A program made the translations under genes and the position numbers. Below, in pieces: positions 58,573 through 64,000 of a DNA stretch of 64,000 nt. Each line of letters starts with the position of its first letter. The first letter of the stretch is position 1. Origin of the DNA: Cyanophora paradoxa CCMP329 (Eukaryota; Plantae; Glaucophyta); the NCBI GenBank assembly GCA_004431415.1, contig QPMI01000049.1, forward strand, positions 248,001-312,000, in the 5' to 3' direction. The notes below the pieces were generated by a model. It saw only the letters and a program-made list of their open reading frames with translations. It ran no database searches and was not told the DNA's origin.

Positions 58573-60251
58573 CTAGAAGCGCCAGAGGCGGACGCGCTTG
58601 TCCAGGCCGGCGGTGGCCAGCAGCGGGGGCTGCAGCGCTGCGAGAGTGTGAGATCGAATCGTCTGATCGAATCGCGGGATCGAATCTCGGCGGACGCACC
58701 GGGGGGGCTAAAGTCCATCGAGACGATCTCGCCATCGTGGGCGCGGGGTACGGAGGCGACCAGCCGCGCCTCTGCGGCCGTACCCTGCTCCGCGATCGCG
58801 AAAACCTGGAGGCCCGTACCCGTCCCGAGGGCCACGAGCGAGCCGTCGGCGCTGAGCGCGCAGCGCCGCGCCGCCTCCACCAGCGGCGAGGCGAGCAGGA
58901 GCCTCGGGTCCTCTCCGACCTGCGCGGATCGAATCTCGGATCAGATTCTAATCCGAATTTGAATTTGAATTTGAAAACATTTGATCCCGCTCGCCTCGTA
59001 GCGGACGGCGATGTTCCAGAGGCGCCAGGTCTTGTCTTTGGAGCACGTGACCGCGCGGCGCCCGTCAGCGGAGAAACAGACGGCGTAGATTCCTCCCTTG
59101 TGGCCCCGGAGCGACATGACGTGCTTCTTCGACGACTGGTAGGCCCCCTTGCCGAGCCCGACGAGGTGCACGAAGCAGTCGCTGCGGCGAAAGCGCGCTC
59201 AGCCCCGGACCGGGAGCCCTCGGAAGCGGTGCGGCGCGTCGGGAAGCTGACCTAGACCACGTGGCAGCGGCGAAGAAGCGACCGCAGGCGGAGCTCGCGA
59301 GGCCGTAGACCTCCATGCTGTTTATCTTGAAGCGTTCCAGCAGACCGCCGGCCCCGCCGTAGATGCTCACCTGAGTTCCCGTCAGCGGCATCGATATCTC
59401 CGCGCCGGCGGCGGGCCGGGCGCCGCACCTCGTCCACGGCGAGCGTGATGAAGTACGACGCGTCACCCACGCGTCTGTGGAACATCTGGCGCGCGGATCG
59501 GCGGCGCGCGGGGCGGGCGGCGCGGCGCGGCGCGGCGCGGCGGCGGGCTGAGCGGCGCACCTGCGACGCCTCGATCTTGGATTCGCACGAGAACTCCGCG
59601 GTCTGCTTCCCGATCACGGCGTCCGAAACGCCGTACGACGCGACCTTCTTCTTCACGCCGTACGCGACGGCGACGGACCGCCCGTCCGTGTTGAAGGCGA
59701 CGCCTGCGCGCGTGGGAGCGTGCGAGTCAGAAGCCGCCAACGCGCGCGGACGGTGGGGCGCGGGGGGGCGGCGCGTGCATGTCGGCTGGTCGAGGTCAAG
59801 GGCCTGGCGCGTCATCTTGACCTCTGCCTTCGCATCCGCTGCGACGCCTCCAACGGAGTAGAGGCGAAGGAAGCGGTCGCTGGAGGCCGTGGCGAGCGTC
59901 GACCCGTCGGGGCTCCATGAGAACCCGACGACCTTCGAAGCCGTCAGCAGGCCGAACCATTGGGCGCGCAGCGCTCTCATCCACCTCGTCGGTGTGCCCT
60001 TTCAGCGTGGCAGCTAGCGATTCGATTTTCTCCTCCTTCTTGGGAGCCCTTGCCTCCTTTTTCGCTGGCTGAAGCTTAGCTGGTGCAGCCGGCGCGGCCG
60101 GCTCGGGCTCCGGCGTCGGCTCCGGCGTCGCCGGCTTGCGGGAGAAGAACACCAGCAGGAGCGTCACGACCATGACCGCGGCGACTGCGCCGGCGATGGC
60201 CTGGGCCGACGCGCCCTCGAGCAGGCCGACCAGGCCGTGGCTGTCGCTCAT
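58573..60251 (-). CDS. TBL2: Transducin beta-like protein 2 (TBL2)-like WD40 protein with N-terminal TM anchor
   Basis: TM AIAGAVAAVMVVTLLLVFF; LKGHTDE/VVGFSWSPDGSTLATASSDRFLRLY; LRGHKGGIYAVCFSADGRRAVTCSKDKTWRLWNIAVRYE/VGEDP; AHDGEI..LATAGLDKRVRLW*. Confidence 0.85.
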
Positions 60252-60485
60252 TCTCCCGCGCGCACCTCGCTCCCCGCTCCGCGCGCGTCTACAGGTGCCG
60301 AAGGCCGCAAGCTACGTATACGCTCTGAAGTGAAGTGAGCCACGGTACCAGTGTACCCCAAGCAGGCCGCCGAAACTGTACCCAGTTCCTTCGTTCACCT
60401 CACTACAGCCGGCGAATCGGAGCCGCCGTTTCCTGCGCGAGTCGCATGGTTCGAATTCCCGCGCGCGGCGCGGCCGGCGGCCCGG

Positions 60486-61200
60486 CGCCGCGCATGATGG
60501 CAATCATGGCATGCATGCAAGACTCCGCAAGTTTCCGACACCTCTAAATTATATTAATATTCCGAGCTCCGATTCCTCCGAAGCCTCCGAGCCGGCCGCG
60601 GTGGGCGTCGCTGGGCGAGCCAGGGCGACCCCCGGCCCCCGGGCCCGGCCGCCGGGCCGGGCGCCGCGGGCGAGTCGGCGTCCCGGACTCCCGGGTCCCA
60701 GGCGCGGCCGCGGCCGGCGCGCGCCGACGTAGACGGCGGTGCGCCGCCCGGGCCCGCGGGCCGGGCCGCGCAGGCCTAGGCCAGCAGCACGTGCACGGCA
60801 GGCGTCGGCAGCCCTGCAACAGCAGCATTTCTTGATCTAGTCACCGGGCCGTGCCGCGCGGCATTATCGGCGGCATATGCAAGACTCCGCAAGCACGCAA
60901 GACTCCGCAACTTGGCAAGTTTCCGACTCCTCTAAATTGATATTCCGAGCCGGTGGGCCCGGGCGGCCCCGGCCGCGGCCGCGGCCGCGCCGGCGGCGGG
61001 GAGTCCCGGCGGGGGAGTCCGCCCGGCCGGCGCCGGCGGGTCCCGCGCGCGGACGCGGCGCGGCCCGGCGCGCGCCGATGTCGACGGCGGTGGCCATGCA
61101 TATGGCCATATGCATGGGCCGCCCGCGGCCGCGGCCATGGGCGGCAGGCTGAGGCTGAGCTAGGGTTGCCGTGTCCGGCCGCGGATCCATGGACTGCTTA
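60486..61200. repeat. Diverged tandem duplication, unit about 360 bp
   Basis: ATGCAAGACTCCGCAAG..TTTCCGAC..CTCTAAATT..ATTCCGAGC at 60515 and 60877; CGGCGCGCGCCGAYGT.GACGGCGGTG near 60715 and 61067. Confidence 0.75.
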
Positions 61201-62798
61201 AGCTGGTTAAGCTTTGGGCGTTGCTTCTCTCCTTCTGCGTGCAGCTCACGACCTTCGTTCGCAGGGCCGCTCCGTGCTCTGCAGCGGCGGCCTCGTCGAC
61301 GCCATCGCCGCCTGCGGCCACCCCCCGTGCGAACGAAGCGAAGCGAAGCGAGGCTCCGCTGAGCTTCGTTCGCAGCTCCCTGCGCTTCGAGGAGGCCGCT
61401 TCGGTTCGGGAGGAGGGGTACGACGGCCCCGCCCGCGCCCGGCGGCCCTCCTCGCGGCGGCCCAGGCTAGCCCCGTGAGCGCAACGCGAGCAACGTGATC
61501 GGCGTCCCCCCTTTCTCTCTCTCCCTTGCGGTTTGGGGCCGCAGGGAGGGGGGGCCTCCCGTAGGGGAGCGGGGGCTCAAGCCTTCCCTCAGCTCGGAGA
61601 GGACGAGCGCGGCCCCGCGCCGAGTCGGGCGCGTCAGGGGGCGGGGAGGGGCGCCCCTGGGCGCCCCCGGCCCGCCCCATTGGCAGCGCGCCTCGCCGAC
61701 GTGCGGCTGCCCGCGCCGCCCGCGCAGGCTGCACCTGTGCCTCGCGGGGGACTTTGAGGCGGCCGCGGGCCAGCTCGAGGCCGCCGATGCGAGCGAAGCC
61801 CGCCCCCGCCGCCCTCCGCTGGCGGGGCGGCGGGCGCCTTCGCAGCGGAGCGGGCGCTGCAGTCGGTGGCCGTGCCCGAGGCGCGCCAGACCCTCGCCGA
61901 GATGGTTCGCCCGCGGGGCGGGGCGCCGAGGGGCCGGCGCAGGGCGCCGCCGGGTCGCTGAGAAGACGGCGCAGGTGCTGACGATCGACGCGCTAGCGCT
62001 GGCGGGGCCCGGCGTGCCCCCCCTCCCGGAGGCCCTCAAGCAAGACGCCCTGCAGCTCGCCGGCGCCCGCACCCGAAAGGTGCGAACGAGGTCTCTTAGA
62101 AGCTGGAGAAGCTTATGCTGGCGGGGCAGCGCCCGCCGGCGCTCCCGCGAGCTCGCCTCGTGCACGCCCGGCCCGTCCCCCCCGTCGAGACGACGACCTC
62201 CTGCTGCCTCCTCCGCCTCCTCTCCGTCCGCGCCCCGCCCCCTCTCTCTCCCCCCTAAACTCGGCCTTCGTTCGCAGGGCCGCTTCGTTCGCAGGGCCGC
62301 CTCGGGGAGGCGGAGGACCTGGCCCGACGCTCGCTCGCGCTCATGTCGCGCGTCGGCGGCCCGCGCGGCGGCCTGTATGTCGCCCGCTGGCGCAGGGCTC
62401 GGGCTCTAGAAGGCCTCGCACGCACCCCGCTGACACCGCTGGGTACGACTGACGGGGTTGTAAGCGCGGAAACCCCCAGAAGGGCCGCCCCCGGCCCCGC
62501 TGACGAGAAGGGCCCCCTCCCGGCCCCTGTGCGCACCAGGGCCGTCCCCCGGCCTCGCCGAGTCGCTCAGCACAAGGGCCTGCCCCCGGCCCCGCTGATG
62601 ACAAGGGCCGCCCCGCCCACCCCTCCCCTCCCCTCCCCCCGCCCGCCGGCCCTCGTCCCCGCGGTCCCCCGTACCCCCGCGGGCCCTCCGGGTCCCCGCC
62701 GGCCGCATTCGGCGATGGGTACCCCCCGTCCCATCGGCGCCAATGCGGTTTTCCGGGGTCCGAGAGGGCGGCGGGGGGGGGGGGGGTACGCAAAGTGA
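61189..62798 (+). CDS. Poorly resolved hypothetical or degenerate TPR-like gene with Pro-rich end
   Basis: Exon-like pieces LHLCLAGDFEAAAGQLEAA and GRLGEAEDLARRSLALMSRV between cag/gt boundaries; no clean full model. Confidence 0.35.
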
Positions 62799-62967
62799 GC
62801 GCCGCCGGAGGCGAGAAGGGCGCGGTCGCCTAGTATCGAAGTACAATAAGCTGAAGGCAGTTCGCTAGCCGTTGAACCATGCTCAGTATAACTACTAGTA
62901 CTAGTACTCGCACCATACTACTCAATTCGATATCCTATACTTTTCGACAAGAAACAAAAAGGAGAAA

Positions 62968-64000
62968 CTAGCTGTGGCTCCCCAACACGAATGCCCAACA
63001 AAGACAAGCCGAAAACCGAGCAATGGATGCAGGCGAATCGGAATCACGTCGTTTAGATGTGATGGAACAGAGTCGACACGGCTTGAAGGAGGCTCTTTGC
63101 TGCCACGATGGCAGCATCCCCATCCGGCACCAGCTTCTTTTCGTATACCTTCCATACATCATAGTCAGCGGATTCAAAGAACGTTTGCAAAACCAAGAAA
63201 AGAAGAAGCCACTCACGTATGCCGCGATGGCCCCCATCACACACACATCGAGCTTCCGATTGAGATTCCGATCAGATTTTTTGCGATTCTCCTCGTTCGT
63301 CACCATCATCTGCAGCATAGCTTCCAACACATCTACGAGGGCGTCCCCCCGCTTGCCAGAGAAAGCGGAACGCAGCTTCTTGGACCAAAAGACTGGGCGG
63401 TTCAGCGGCAGAGATGGCGGAGCGCCAGCTGCGTCCGACTGCGAATCCGGCTTGCCTTGATCAGCAGAATCGCCCGCAGACTGCACATCATCGCAATATC
63501 AATCCCAAACGTTTTGCAAGCGATAGAAAAGAGATACCTTGACTAGGAGGCCTTCGTCATGCGAAGAGCTGAATTCGAACAGCCTTTGACGGCCGTACCG
63601 CGACGGGGTCTCCGGCGTGCTCGATGTCGCGGGCTTCCGGCGAGGTGTGATGTTCAGAGAAAACCGCGAGTATACTTGCTGGTGTACTGCAGATCCCTTG
63701 CGCATGCCCTGCAGCTGGAGGGAGGATGTCGAGCCCTTCACTCCGAAGTCGTGGGCTCCACGGATGCCTGCGCGCGACGGCATGCTCAGCCTCAGCCAGA
63801 CCGAGCAATCTATCCGAAGATTCTCACCGTGCGACACGATCGTCGGCAAAGCGCTGGAGACAAAGCTCGGGGTAACCGCCGCAAAACTCGAGACCGCACC
63901 CCGTGCACGGTCCTGCTGCATAATCTGCGAGTCAAGGTGTATAATCAGAGCACAGCAGCAGCATTGCGGCAACGGCAAGCCCAGGGAGACGGCCGGACGG
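62968..64000 (-). CDS. Partial hypothetical protein (lower GC, long exons) with a hydrophobic segment; continues beyond the window
   Basis: ORFs 63499-63978 and 62968-63486 can be joined by AAG|gtatc..tgcag; KKLRSAFSGKRGDALVDVLEAML..VCVMGAIAAYVSGFFFSWF. Confidence 0.45.

Noticed and set aside
62968-63486. CCDC90/DUF1640-like assignment
   Set aside because: Only a vague resemblance over about 20 residues; not supportable without a profile search.

Overview
GC-rich, very intron-dense eukaryotic nuclear DNA with short C-rich introns, many with GC donors. A plastid transit peptide starting MAFV on an EttA homologue suggests a primary-plastid alga, most plausibly a glaucophyte such as Cyanophora (inference). 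Most six-frame ORFs are GC-rich shadows, so genes were reconstructed by hand-splicing and exon boundaries are approximate. In order: a partial helical-repeat gene, a MYND-finger gene, a SET methyltransferase, plastid-targeted ettA (about 31 exons), a secreted TIMP-like protein, an unknown gene, a head-to-head pair of paralogous multi-pass membrane genes, and a lower-GC 8.5-kb island carrying one large gene with five divergent AP2-like repeats plus a SAM-like C-terminus. The island is bracketed by a 1.2-kb direct duplication of the membrane gene's 3' part. Then come a 5-kb gene-free nest of MITEs and retroelement 3' stubs, a 14.4-kb soluble-adenylate-cyclase-like STAND gene with altered catalytic residues, an F-type lectin/ricin-B gene, a p24/TMED gene, a small unknown gene, a TBL2-like WD40 gene and two poorly resolved genes. 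The best novelty candidate is the multi-AP2/SAM island; the TIMP-like protein, the unknown membrane family and the very short head-to-head promoters follow. No rRNA, tRNA or CRISPR was recognised.
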